DNA from: Octopus sinensis
Taxonomy: Eukaryota
NCBI RefSeq assembly: GCF_006345805.1
Contig: NW_021832337.1
Location: 1 to 31,195 of the forward strand
Direction: 5' to 3'
Length of the DNA: 31,195 nt
Shown piece by piece: positions 1 through 11,550 of this stretch. Within the stretch, counting starts at the first letter, position 1. Each line of letters opens with the position of its first letter. The notes beneath the pieces are model-generated. The model ran no database searches, was not told the origin of the DNA, and saw only the letters and a list, made by a program, of their open reading frames with translations. A program made the translations under genes and the position numbers.

Positions 1-204
1 TAATGCTACCAAGAAATGCCCGGTTTCCGTTTGGCATCTGAGCTGGGCATTTGTGCAGCTCGAAGACGATTCTTTAAATCTTTGGAGTTTCCTTGATCAA
101 GTAAAATATCTGAGCGCCTCTTGCGTGAGGAGCCTAGTTTGTTTGTAGCTGATGACTTTCAGAAAGGCCATTGGGAAACGAAAAGCGACGTCGTATTTCA
201 ATGA

Positions 205-213
205 GATGTGTTT

Positions 214-244
<31 letters not shown>

Positions 245-270
245 CGTTGTCGTTGTCGTTGTCGTTCTTC

Positions 271-311
<41 letters not shown>

Positions 312-392
312 GATGTGCTTTAACCCAAGATAGCTTTGATCGGCAAGATCTGTGATCAAAGGCATTCTTAATGTGACTATCCCCGTCTGTTT
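205..392 (-). mobile_element. 3' end of a retroposon (SINE or LINE tail) ending in an (AAC)n/(GAC)n tail
   Basis: On the minus strand a short non-repetitive body (gcctttgatcacagatcttgccgatcaaagctatcttgggttaaagcac) runs directly into about 100 nt of (AAC)n. This is the usual retroposon tail layout. Confidence 0.6.
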
Positions 393-411
393 TTTGTTTT
401 TTTCTAATATG

Positions 412-572
412 CTAAGAATCCATATCTCCATTATTTAACATCTCCCTTGCTCTTTTATATTTTATTTGATTCTGACACAGGACAGCGTCGTCCTCTGAGT
501 AGATATCGCCAAAACAACTTTCTCTGCCATGGTCAATGCGACGGTTACACGCTACATACTTCCTTCCAAGTA
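412..572 (-). CDS. Candidate terminal coding exon of an unidentified gene (xLGRKYVACNRRIDHGRESCFGDIYSEDDAVLCQNQIKYKRAREMLNNGDMDS*)
   Basis: Acceptor ttcacttccgctgtttacaacag| precedes 572. The phase-1 frame stays open for 52 codons of complex sequence to TAG at 412-414. No homology recognised. Confidence 0.3.
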
Positions 573-724
573 CTGTTGTAAACAGCGGAAGTGAACTAGA
601 ACGTTAAAACTAAGTGCACGTGAACACCAGAATTCAAGGTCAATTTGTGTCAACCGGCTTTACTCTGCATGTTTAGCCTCATTACTATGGCAACAGTCCG
701 GATACTTATTGATCAGACCTCGTA

Positions 725-769
<45 letters not shown>

Positions 770-771
<2 letters not shown>

Positions 772-915
772 GACAGGATTCCACACAATTCTCGTCTACC
801 AATTCCATGATAAAGCCTTGGGTGTCATCCCAGGGGTATACTAGAAGGTGCCACGCATTAGGACTGAAACTTAAACCACGAAATGGCAAAGTGATCTTCT
901 TAACCATACAGCCAA
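770..915 (-). mobile_element. SINE family A, degenerate 5' half
   Basis: gaaggtgccacgcattaggactgaaac...cttaaccatacagcca is the diverged reverse complement of the head of the full copies at 6628 and 9244. Confidence 0.7.
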
Positions 916-1115
916 GTCTGTACTTTACTTTTAAGACCGTAGTGTGTGATAAATCTTTAGGCATTTATTTGCGGTTCATCAACTGACCACGGAGAAGAAA
1001 ATGATAATAATTTATTACTATTAATTTATTATTTAACTGACAGAGACATCAGAATAGCTTCAAAATCTGAAGTTATTTTCTGTTGTTGTTGCTGTTGTTG
1101 TAGATACAGTTGTTA

Positions 1116-1362
1116 TACCGAGTGTTCATAAAATATCTTTACAACTTCAACAATTCATTCTACCTTTTAACGTTGAAATCAATCAATCAACTTTTTTCCA
1201 TATTAAATAAATATCGTTAAAGCATTCTTGCATTTCTGGTAAAACCTTATTTCTTTGCCTGTTTTTTTTAAACTATCTCTGCTAAGTTGTCCTTATTTTT
1301 CATTTTTACTGAATTTTTTTTTCTCCTTCCAAATTGTAAATGTAATTTATGGACACCCTGTA
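1116..1362. mobile_element. Tc1/mariner-type MITE (about 245 bp)
   Basis: Left end TAccgagtgttcataaaatatctttacaactt and right end (reverse complement) TAcagggtgtccataaattacatttacaattt match at 25/32 positions. Both begin TA-CxGxGTGT, TA flanks both sides, and there is no coding capacity. Confidence 0.7.
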
Positions 1363-1614
1363 GTTGTCCATATAGAGATTGTTTTGTCTTCGTTATTCTT
1401 CGTGGCTTTGTTGTTCTTATTCTGGTCGTTGTCGTTTTGTTGTTTTTTATATGTGACGTCTCTGATCGAGTAAAATGCAAGCTCTGACCGTTAAAGGCAG
1501 GCTTTCCATCCGCAGCTCTCCTGCCTTTTTATTTCTTTGTAATTGATCTAGAAATACATTATCCAAAGTATTTTGTGTTGTTGTTGGTTGGTGGTGGTGG
1601 TGGTGTTTTTCCCC

Positions 1615-1692
1615 AGCAGCGTGTTGTGTCCTTGAGCAAGACACTTTATTTCACGTTGCTCCAGTCCACTCAGCTGGCAAAAAGTGAGTAGT
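1615..1692 (+). mobile_element. SINE family C, central fragment
   Basis: gcgtgttgtgtccttgagcaagacactttatttcacgttgctccagtccactcagctggc matches the reverse-oriented copy at 20560-20690. Confidence 0.7.
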
Positions 1693-1994
1693 ACACACAG
1701 AAGCACACAAGCATATCTATATACATGCGTACAAAACGTGCACAAGTATTCATATACATACACACCTATGCATGTACACAAACTATTGCGTCTATGTGTG
1801 TTTATATATGTATACATGCGAACACATACGCATATGCGTGTGTATGTACATACCTACATACATATATAGACCCCGTGCGTATTGAAACCGTGATGCAACT
1901 TTCACTGTCACTGCAGTACAATCATTTCAACGAATGTCGAGAGGACGTCGCAGCGATATCGACACTATGTAAATACATTATGATCTGAATCAGC

Positions 1995-2175
1995 GTGTGT
2001 ATCTTCTTGTCCTTTGCTAATTTCAGACATTGGACTGCGGCCATGCTGGGGCAGTGGCATAAAGAGTTGTAACCGAACACATCGAACACAGTACTTTGTT
2101 TCTGGTATATATTCCATCGGTGTCTTTTGCCGAACCGCTAACTCAGGGATGTAAATAATCCAGCACCGGTGTCTA
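1995..2175 (-). mobile_element. SINE family A, 3' half
   Basis: tttcagacattggactgcggccatgctggg...ttttgccgaaccgctaa is the reverse complement of the 3' half of the 6628-7035 copy. Confidence 0.8.
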
Positions 2176-2915
2176 TACATATATTAATATATTGTTTTAA
2201 ATATTTTGTTTTAATTACTTGTATTTGAATTTTCCAGTAATGATATACTGGATAATGATATAAAAAATGTTAATTTTTACTTCTATAAGCTAAAATATAT
2301 TTTTAAAATATATAAAAAGTATTTATTACTATTTATTCTAGTTTTATTTATGCCACGTTTTTAACAAGATAAATTTATTATAAACAATAAGTCTTACGTA
2401 TAAAGTTTAAAGATTTAGTTAAGAGAATATATTCAAGATATTTCGTGTTTTTATTTTAAGACATATTATTGAATTTTGTTCGTATTTTTACACATTTTTA
2501 TATATATTTCGTATTTTTACGTATTTTTATATATATTTATATTTTCTTATAAGATAATATACGTATATCTATTCAAATTATTTTATTGTTTTTATCTTGG
2601 ACTTATATTTAAATTGAATTGATTTTATTGTTATTAGTTTGAAAATAATGCCACGAAACACGTGTAGTCTATATATTAATTATATATTATTTATTTATTA
2701 TTTAGTACTTCATTTAGTTCTAGGTAAATGTTTTATTGTATATTTAATTTTTTTCTACATGATATGATTTAATTATATCATTGTTGAATTGCTACATGAT
2801 GGTTCTTCTCTAATTTATATATATATATATTGTGAAATTTGAGTTAGTATTACTAAATTGTGTTTTTTCCCTGTAAGTTTGGAATCATATCCCCTAATAT
2901 AATTATTATTATCAT

Positions 2916-2947
<32 letters not shown>

Positions 2948-2989
2948 ATTATTATTATTATATTATGATTATTGTATTATATTAATATG

Positions 2990-3020
<31 letters not shown>

Positions 3021-3036
3021 ATATATATATATAATA

Positions 3037-3173
3037 TAATTCGAGACAAAACCACTATTTTAAAACCAAACAAGGAAAGACTTAATCAATACATAAAATT
3101 TAATATAAATTAAAATTTTATGTATGATTAAGTCTTTCCTTGTTTGTTTTAAAATAGTGTTTTGTCTCGAATT
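3037..3173. repeat. Long near-perfect hairpin (about 63-bp arms, about 12-nt loop)
   Basis: taattcgagacaaaaccactattttaaaaccaaacaaggaaagacttaatcaatacataaaatt pairs with 3113-3173, differing only by three 1-nt indels. Confidence 0.95.
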
Positions 3174-3270
3174 AATTATATAATATTTACTATAAAATTG
3201 GATTTAACCCTAAATCTGATTTTTCCCTATAATTTGGATTTTGTTTTTTTTATTCATTCCCAATATTTAT

Positions 3271-3272
<2 letters not shown>

Positions 3273-3311
<39 letters not shown>

Positions 3312-3862
3312 GTGTTGTGTGTGTGGTATGTGTGTGTGTTGTGTTATATATATATATATGTATATATGTATATATATGTATATATGTATATATATGTATG
3401 TATGTATATATGGTGGTTCTCTACTCCTTATGCAGAGTTTGACCACCCCCTGTACCTGCAGCTTAGAACCATCATAGAATCTGATGTGGCTTTTTAAACC
3501 TAACAATGTTCTGAAAAGACACCCACATAGATTGCATATCCTATTTGGACGACCAAGAGCTGCAGATAAGTTCTGATCTTTGTGGATCTTTTGAAACTTC
3601 CGTTAGATTTGCAAACCTTATGGCATACACTGCAATCAAAGGTGTGCACAGACATATAGGCAGAATAGTTGGTGGAGGTTCATTTTCCATAGGTTCGCAA
3701 ATACAGGCATGGTCTGTCACAAACTGTGCACACAAAAAGGTCATTGTCATTCACCTTCTCGATCGTAACATCCTTCCTTAAATCTCTTTTGATTCTTGCA
3801 TGCGTTATCCTGGCCTCTTCAAATGCTTTCACTACGCTCCACACTTTTGTTCGCAATCCAAT
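3273..3862 (-). mobile_element. RTE-clade LINE, 3' remnant with three decayed C2H2-like fingers and a microsatellite tail
   Basis: Minus-strand frames read KVWSVVKAFEEARITHARIKRDLRK...FVCTVCDRPCL, then FDCSVCHKVCKSNGSFKR, then ICNLCGCLFRTLLGLKSHIRF, with frameshifts between them. A short 3' end runs into the (TA)/(TATG) tail at 3273-3410. Confidence 0.8.
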
Positions 3863-3894
3863 ATATATATAGTTCCAATTTACAGAAAACAAAA

Positions 3895-4140
3895 GACGAA
3901 GACATGTAAAGGAACAACAAATTGGTGAATTAGTTTAAAGCTCGGAAAAAATGGAAAAGCCTTTTACGTTTCGAGCCTTCGCTCTTCGATAGAAAGGATT
4001 AAGAGTGGATAAAAAGGAGAGAAAATGAAAAATAACGGTGAGAGAAAAAATAATTTGTAAGGATAAACAGTTCAACATGATGAAATAGCTAGAAAAGGCT
4101 GAATGGAAGGGAGATAATTAGGGTGACCCAGACGAAGGAA
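3895..4140 (-). mobile_element. Penelope-related non-autonomous repeat with a hammerhead-like motif (second copy at about 12180-12330)
   Basis: Shares gaa(g)gagcaacaaa...attagttt...acgtttcgagcc with 12180-12280 and contains the fold at 3960-3997. Confidence 0.6.
3960..3997 (-). ncRNA. Decayed minimal type I hammerhead ribozyme
   Basis: Minus strand reads CCTTT-CTATCGA-A-GAGC-GAAG-GCTC-GAAAC-GTA-AAAGG. Stem I (5 bp), stem II (4 bp), GAAAC and a GUA cleavage triplet are intact. The CUGANGA box has two substitutions. Confidence 0.7.
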
Positions 4141-4699
4141 TTTTATTCACGAGAGAGCGTGTGTATGTGAGAATGGTGTGTATGTGAGAATGGTGTGTGT
4201 GTGAGCTGAAAGTAGTGGACCTATGTGTAAGTGACCCAGTGCATACATTATGTGGAGTGACGTGCATTACATGTACTGGCATGTATGTGTGCACGCGTAT
4301 GGGTGTGTGTATGTATGTGTGCGGTTGTCATATGTGTGTGCAAATGCATTGGCCTGGCTGTGCGTATATGTGTACAAGTAACTTAATGTATGTGTTGTGT
4401 GGAGGGATGTGCGTTTTGAATATTTGTGTGTGTGTATGTGTGTGTGTGTGTATGAGTGTGTACGCATATGGATGTTTGTATATATGTGAATATGCGTATA
4501 GACGTGTATATTTGTGAGGCTAACGTGTGTATGTATGTATATATATATATATATATACATATATACTCATACATATATAATTTTGTATACAAAAAATATA
4601 TATATATACTTTTATATACACAATTACAAAAGATTTCCTAATAGTTTCATGCTTTTAGATACATTACATTTTTCAGATTTATAATAACAAGCCAGGTAT

Positions 4700-5000
4700 C
4701 TCCAAGCAATCTTCCAGGCCCCTTGTCTGTCTGTGCTTTGAAGAACTTCGAATTCTGAGATGCTCTGTTACATGGGCAAAGAAACTAGATGCTTTTCTGA
4801 CATTAAGCATGAGCACTTGAATAGATATATACACACACACACACATACAGGGACATTTGACTGCTTAGAGAGTAAGCTTTGCAGTACCTGTACTCATGAA
4901 AATATCAATACCGAATTTTGTGTGTTCTGTGCTAACACTACTGGTTGTGAATCCTTATTTAGATATCAGGAGGTGCCAAGCTTCCAGAATCATTGGCGTG
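4700..5000 (+). mobile_element. Probable Penelope GIY-YIG endonuclease remnant
   Basis: LSVCALKNFEF followed by CYMGKETRCFSDIKHEHL resembles the VYxF/YIGxTxR..R..EH pattern, and ESLF near the end resembles the EALFI C-terminus. Broken by a frameshift and a (CA)n insertion. Recognised by eye only. Confidence 0.45.
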
Positions 5001-5210
5001 TCAGACAAAATGCTTAGCAGCATTTCTTCCAATTCCTAATGTTTTGAGTTCAAATTCCGCCGAAGTCGACTTTGCCTTCCATCATTTGGGTGTTTATAAA
5101 GTAAATATTTCCTTAGTATAGGGTTCGATGTAATGGACAAACCTGCTACCCTTAAATCGCTAGTCATGCACCAATAGCTGAAGCCATTTTCTAGATAACA
5201 GTATGTGCAT
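4995..5210 (+). mobile_element. SINE family B (Nin/Deu-domain-like)
   Basis: gagttcaaattccgccgaagtcgactttgccttccatcatttggg. B-box-like gagttcaaattcc followed by the Nin-type gcctttcatcctttcggggtcgataa motif. Confidence 0.8.
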
Positions 5211-5486
5211 GAGAACGGATAATGGTAAAGTAGAAGAAATCTCAGGTGAAACAAAGGAAACATTAGCTTGATCTCCTTGTGTTACTGTAACACAACAAGG
5301 AATGTGAAATGCGTTATATTAAGTGGACTCCTCAAGGAAGTGAAAGGTTTGGCAGGTCTACGTCTGGAGTCAGAGGACAAAGCAGTCTCAACGACTCGAA
5401 ATGGAAACAATTTCAATGAATGATTGTTGATTCCGAGGGGCCTTTCACTCTTTTGATAGGCTTTGCTTTGTGTGGGTGTGTGTGTG

Positions 5487-5559
<73 letters not shown>

Positions 5560-5562
5560 CGT

Positions 5563-5598
<36 letters not shown>

Positions 5599-5679
5599 TA
5601 TGCATATATAACCACACACAGATATATGCAAGTACACACATATACAGTATATACGCACACACTATATCTACTTATATAT

Positions 5680-5737
<58 letters not shown>

Positions 5738-5933
5738 TATATATTTAACTTTGGGATCTGGTTTGCAAGATTCTTTATGTAAGTTCGTGTGTTCAAGTAT
5801 ATTCTGTTGTGTCTGGGGAGAGTTATTTTCTTTTAGTGCCTTACAATTTAACACACTCACCGTTAAAATTCCACTCATTTATTTATTTTTTTTTAAAACT
5901 TTTTATATTTTTATGCTGTCTCTCTCTCTCTCG

Positions 5934-5973
<40 letters not shown>

Positions 5974-6012
5974 CAGAGAAATAGAGACAGACACACACTC
6001 GCACAAACACAC

Positions 6013-6104
<92 letters not shown>

Positions 6105-6213
6105 GACAGACAGACAGATACATACATGCATACATACATGCATACATACATACATACATACATACATACATACATACATACATACATACATACATACATA
6201 CATGTATGCTTAC

Positions 6214-6230
6214 ATAATCCTAATGATGCA
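6214..6230 (-). CDS. Candidate 17-nt micro-exon
   Basis: cctttttttctacag|TGCATCATTAGGATTAT|gtaagc. Strong acceptor and donor, and phase-compatible with the 412-572 exon. Confidence 0.25.
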
Positions 6231-6453
6231 CTGTAGAAAAAAAGGATAATTAGGAAATAAGGAACAAGTATATAAATGCATATTTATTTATGTATCTGTG
6301 TATGCATACATATATGTATATATTGAAGAATTTCTAGTATACACACACACATATATATGTACAAATACGCACACACACGGTTACACACACTCACAGCCAC
6401 ACGCACATACACACAGCAACACACAAATAGACATACACAAACACAGACACTCT

Positions 6454-6512
<59 letters not shown>

Positions 6513-6627
6513 ACACACACACTTGTGGGGTACGGTCGTTGTTGTTACGAGGTACGATACCTTCCAATTTTCTGAAAACTTAGAAAAAACGATATTAAAG
6601 ATACACTGTGCGAGTTATTTATATATA

Positions 6628-7035
6628 CGTAGAAGTGGCTGTGTGGTAAGTAGCTTGCTAAGCAACCACATGGTTCCGGGTTCAGTCCCACTGCGTGGCA
6701 TCTTGGGCAAGTGTCTTCTGCTATAGCCCCGGGCCGACCAATGCCTTGTGAGTGGATTTGGTAGACGGAAACTGAAAGAACCTTGTCGTATATATGTATA
6801 TGTATACATATATGTGTGTGTGTTTGTGTGTCTGTGTTTGTCCCCCTAGCATTGCTTGACAACCGATGCTGGTGTGTTTATGTCCCCGTTACTTAGCGGT
6901 TCGGCAAAACCGATAGAATAAGTACTGGGCTTACAAAAGAATAAGTCCCGGCGTCGAGTTGCTCGATTAAAAGCGGTGCTCCAGCATGGCCGCAGTCAAA
7001 TGACTGAAACAAGTAAAAGAGTAAAGAGTAAAAGA
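6628..7035 (+). mobile_element. SINE family A, full length (tRNA-derived head, internal TA/TG microsatellite, gtaaaaga tail)
   Basis: A-box-like gtggctgtgtggtaag and B-box-like gggttcagtccc. Colinear with the copies at 9244, 21547 and 26763. Resembles the abundant Octopus tRNA-derived SINEs; exact family name not verifiable here. Confidence 0.9.
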
Positions 7036-8252
7036 GTATACGTTATACGACTTACACCCGAGTTAATCTTTATTTTTAAGCGTATTTCTTCGGGTTTTGT
7101 AAATAATATACGACCAAATTTTATGCAGATAAAGCAAATACGAAAATTTTTATGGAGAAAAATAGTTCTCTCGTGGGTGTGCGGATCTATCCAAATATAC
7201 CGAGAATTTACGCCCCCAACATAGACATGCGCACATAGATGCAGGTATATGCTCTATACACGTAGTATATTCTCACATATATATATAAACTCCCACACGC
7301 ACACACACACACAGATTTACATATATACATACATGTAGGTATAAACACATACATATGTATATAAGTGTGTGAACCTTTAATCATTCAAAACTTAATATGT
7401 ATCTCTGTGTATGTAGCTATATGTATGCCTCTCTCTCTTTCTCTCTCTGTCTCTTTATCTCTCTCCCTCTTTCTCTCTCTCTCTCTCTCTCTATACATAT
7501 ATATATATATATACACATATATATATATATATATATCTGTATACATATATGTATATACGGGTATATGTATATGTGAATGTGCTAATATGTATGTATAAGT
7601 GTGTGTGTGTGTGTATATATTCGTTTATGTTTATATGTGTGTATTTGTGATTAAGTGTATATATGCAAGTGTCTATGTTTGCTTGTATGAATATATAACA
7701 CAAAACTAGCTACGACAGGAGTACGCGGACACACATACATACAGGTGAAAATGTTAACTTCTGCTATATATGTGTGTGAGAGTGTATGAATTTGTGTGTA
7801 TGTGTGTGTAAACAATGGCCTTACACAAATACCCATAAACGTTCAATACACACACACACATACATATATACACACATACATATATACACACATATACAAA
7901 CACTCACATAGCCGTACAAACATAATTCATTACACAAAGCATGCAGTTGTTCTACGCATGTGCAGCTCTCTCACGCTACGTCGAAGCTTTGCAAAGTGGT
8001 TTTCCATCAGTACGCTGTGTCACGTGTTTAGTCGCATTTAATTCAAGATTTTCTATCAAAGAAACGTAGAAGAGACACCAGAGCAAATACAACCTCCCTC
8101 TCACGTATAAATACTCGGACACACACAATACAGTTGGGGGCGTGATTTACAAACGTGCATACATGCGCTGGCATCGAGAGATGCAATTTAGATTCGAGTG
8201 GGCTGACACTTACATACGTACATACATATATATGTAATACGTACAGATATAT

Positions 8253-8294
<42 letters not shown>

Positions 8295-8381
8295 AAAATA
8301 CCACATATACACCACAGGTAAAAACACACAACATTACCTGCGTGTATGTATATATATATATATATGTGTGTATATTTATTT

Positions 8382-8419
<38 letters not shown>

Positions 8420-8578
8420 ATATATATATATATACATGCATATAAACTCATCAATACATACGTATGTATAACGTGTGTATGTATGTATATGCATGCTGTA
8501 GTTTATTTAGTTTTATATTTCTATAATAAGTATTGTAAACGTACATCTATATATCTATCTCTCTTTCTCTCTATTCTG

Positions 8579-8613
<35 letters not shown>

Positions 8614-8693
8614 GTATATACATATACATATATATATAGCACACACACATATATACACATACATGTGTTTACGTGCATATGTTCCTGTTTAAA

Positions 8694-8810
8694 TGGATGA
8701 ATGGATGGATGGATGGATGGATGGATGGATGGATGGATGGATGGATGGATGGATAGACGGACGGATGGATGGATGGATGGATGGATGGAGGGATGGAGGG
8801 ATGGATGCTT
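8694..8810. repeat. (GGAT)n tetranucleotide microsatellite
   Basis: Direct reading. Confidence 0.95.
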
Positions 8811-9243
8811 GGGTGTATGCTTGGATGTATGTATATGAGTACGTAAATATATGTAGGTATATGTCTTTGTATGTTAATACTAGCATCCGCATATATACAT
8901 GCATATATGCGTAGACATGTGTATATATGTACATGTGTGTGTGTGTGTGTATAGTTGTTACTCTATATATGTATGGATGGATGTAATTTTGTATGGATGA
9001 ATGGATGATATAGATACAAGTACATACAACCAAGCGCATGTGTATGCATGTGTGTTTATGCATATAACGGAGCATTAATGAAGGAGGTTTTCAAATGCGT
9101 AAATTCCACGAATATTGACCTAACAAACTACTGAATACATGTGTTAATGTCTAATTTTATATTGTATTGACTGTAACTTCGAAGGTGTGACAAGGGCGTC
9201 TTTTCCAAACTGTTAATATTAATATTATAAAACAAAAGTACTT

Positions 9244-9385
9244 GGGAGTGGCTGTGTGGTAAGAAGCTTCCTTTCCAGCCACATGGTTCCGGGTTCAGTC
9301 CCACTGCGTGGCACTTTTGGGCAAGTGGGGTCGACCAAAACCTTGTGAGTGGATTTGGTAGACGGAAACTGAAAGAAGCCTGTCG

Positions 9386-9425
<40 letters not shown>

Positions 9426-9638
9426 TTGTTTGTGCCTGTGTTTGCCCCCCACCACCATCGCTTAACGATCGACGTTGGTGTGTTTACTTCCCCGTAACTT
9501 AGCGGTTCGACAAAAAGAGGCCGATAGAATAGGTTTTAGGCTTACAAAGAATAAGTCCTGGGGGTCGATTTATTCGACTAAAGGTGGTGCTACAGCATGC
9601 CCGCAGTCAAATGACTGAAACAAGTAAGAGTAAAAGAG
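9244..9638 (+). mobile_element. SINE family A, full length
   Basis: Colinear with 6628-7035, with a small internal deletion after ttgggcaagtg. Confidence 0.9.
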
Positions 9639-9848
9639 TATACATGCACGCATCTATATATACACAGGCATACACACACACACGCACACATACACACACA
9701 CAGATATATGTGTGATTGCGTCTGTTTGTGCGCGTGTACACGCATGCTTATAAAATATGAGGGAAGATTATTCAATACCTAACGAAGGTTTAGTAAGTAA
9801 AGACATTCAAAAGGTGTGAAATCTCAGTGTTTATTTATGAAAATGTGT

Positions 9849-9894
<46 letters not shown>

Positions 9895-9956
9895 GTGTGT
9901 AAAAGAGTGTGAGAGAGTGAGGTAGATACATGTATGTGCGTGTATGTACATTCATA

Positions 9957-10010
<54 letters not shown>

Positions 10011-10279
10011 TTTACAAAACACATACTCACACATAGCCACACATACATACACTCATACACGGATATATATATATATATGTGTGTATGTGTGTGTGTGTCT
10101 GTGTGTCTGTGTGTATTATGTATGTATGTATGTATATATATGTATGTACCTAATTCACGCTCTCTCTCCTTCCTTTTACACACACTCACACACATATTAC
10201 CAACAATACACACACACACAAACACATCTATATGTATATATATACTCGCACACATACACACATTACGTACGAATCAGCT

Positions 10280-11330
10280 TCTCTTTCTCTCCTCCCTCTC
10301 TCTCTCTCTCCCATTGTCTTTTCCTGTATTCTTTCCCACTCTTTTTCTCTCTCACTTTTCCCCCTCCTCTTTTCCAACTTACACTTTACTAAAATCCGAC
10401 GACTTCACTTTCTTCTTATTTCTAATCCGTGTCTTCTCTCTTTCCATACCTTTACCACCATTCCCTCTCTATGCCTCTCCTTCTCCTTCTCTCTCTCTCT
10501 TTCCATACCTTTACTACCATTCCCTCTCTATGCTTCTCTCTATCTCTATCTCTCTTTCCTTTTATCTCCTCTTCTCATCTTTCCTTTTCTAATATAACCA
10601 TTCTCTTTATCCTCACCAAAATCTCTTTCATCTCTGTTATTCTATTCTCTCTTCCTCCTATCCATTTACTTAGTCACTTTATTTTCCTTCTACCCTCTCT
10701 TTCTTCTTTTCACGTCTTTTCTATCTCCCTCCCCTCTCTTGTTCTCTCTCTCTCTCCCTCTCTCTTTCTCATTCTTTTTCTCATTCTGTAATCTTGTTCC
10801 AAATTACTCCACTTTATTCTTGTCTTCTTCTTCCTTCCACATTACTCTCGCTCTCTTTCTCCCTCTTTCTCCCTCTCTCTCCCGCTTCTCCCTCTCCCTC
10901 TCTCTCTCTCTCTCTTTCTCTTTGTCTTCTATTTTCTGTGTTCTGATCTTCCACACTCATTTTTTAACTTTCACTTTCACTTTCGCACTTCCCTCCCATC
11001 TCTTTCTCTTTCTCTCTATCTCTCTATTCTCTCTCTCTCTCTCTCTTCCATATTCTCACTCATTTTTACTTTCATCAACTCCCTCTCTCTATATATCTCT
11101 CTTGCTTTCTCTTCTATCTTTTCTCTTATCCTCCTCCCAACTCTACCGTACACGTCCTGCCTCTAAATCAAGTTCTTCGATCGATCGAACCATTCCAGAC
11201 TTTCTATATATTTCTGCTTTTGTCCTCCATTACTTCTGCTTATTATCATTTAGTCTTCATTCCTCTTTCATTCATAATTTTACTTCTTCATTCTCCATTC
11301 TTTATTCTTTTATTCTTTCGTTCTCGTTAT
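10280..11330. repeat. About 1 kb CT-rich polypyrimidine tract
   Basis: Nearly continuous C/T on the + strand with degenerate (CT)n. It explains the S/L/F-rich ORFs. Confidence 0.95.
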
Positions 11331-11339
11331 TCAGGCCGG

Positions 11340-11550
11340 GTATTAGTACATTGGTTAAAGCGTCAGACAAAATGCCACACGGTTCTTACTCCTCGACCGT
11401 TACATTCTGAATTCGAATCACACCGAGTTCGCCTTTGCCTTTCAACCTTTCGGGGTCAATAAAGTAAAATACCAGACATGTACTAGGGTCGATATATTGG
11501 ATTAATCCCTTCACTAAAATTTCTGGTCTCATGCGTATGTCAGGAACAAT
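11340..11550 (+). mobile_element. SINE family B, diverged
   Basis: cgttacattctgaattcgaatcacaccgagttcgcctttgcctttcaacctttcggggtcaataaagtaaaatacc. Confidence 0.75.

Noticed and set aside
1-200. Protein-like short frames on both strands
   Set aside because: All are interrupted by stops, with no motif or splice support.
481-580. + strand acceptor at 480 with frame GQRRPLSRYRQ...
   Set aside because: No credible donor. The pyrimidine tract is explained by A-rich sequence of the minus-strand candidate.
1447-1546. Minus-strand exon candidate DQLQRNKKAGELRMESLPLT
   Set aside because: Weak gtcaga donor and a phase incompatible with the long frame of 412-572.
5370-5410. Possible hammerhead (agtc/gact stem then cgaaa) downstream of the GIY-YIG remnant
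   Set aside because: No recognisable CUGANGA box, stem III or cleavage triplet.
6628-6700. tRNA gene-like A and B boxes in SINE heads
   Set aside because: No cloverleaf, and the sequence continues into SINE bodies. These are not tRNA genes.
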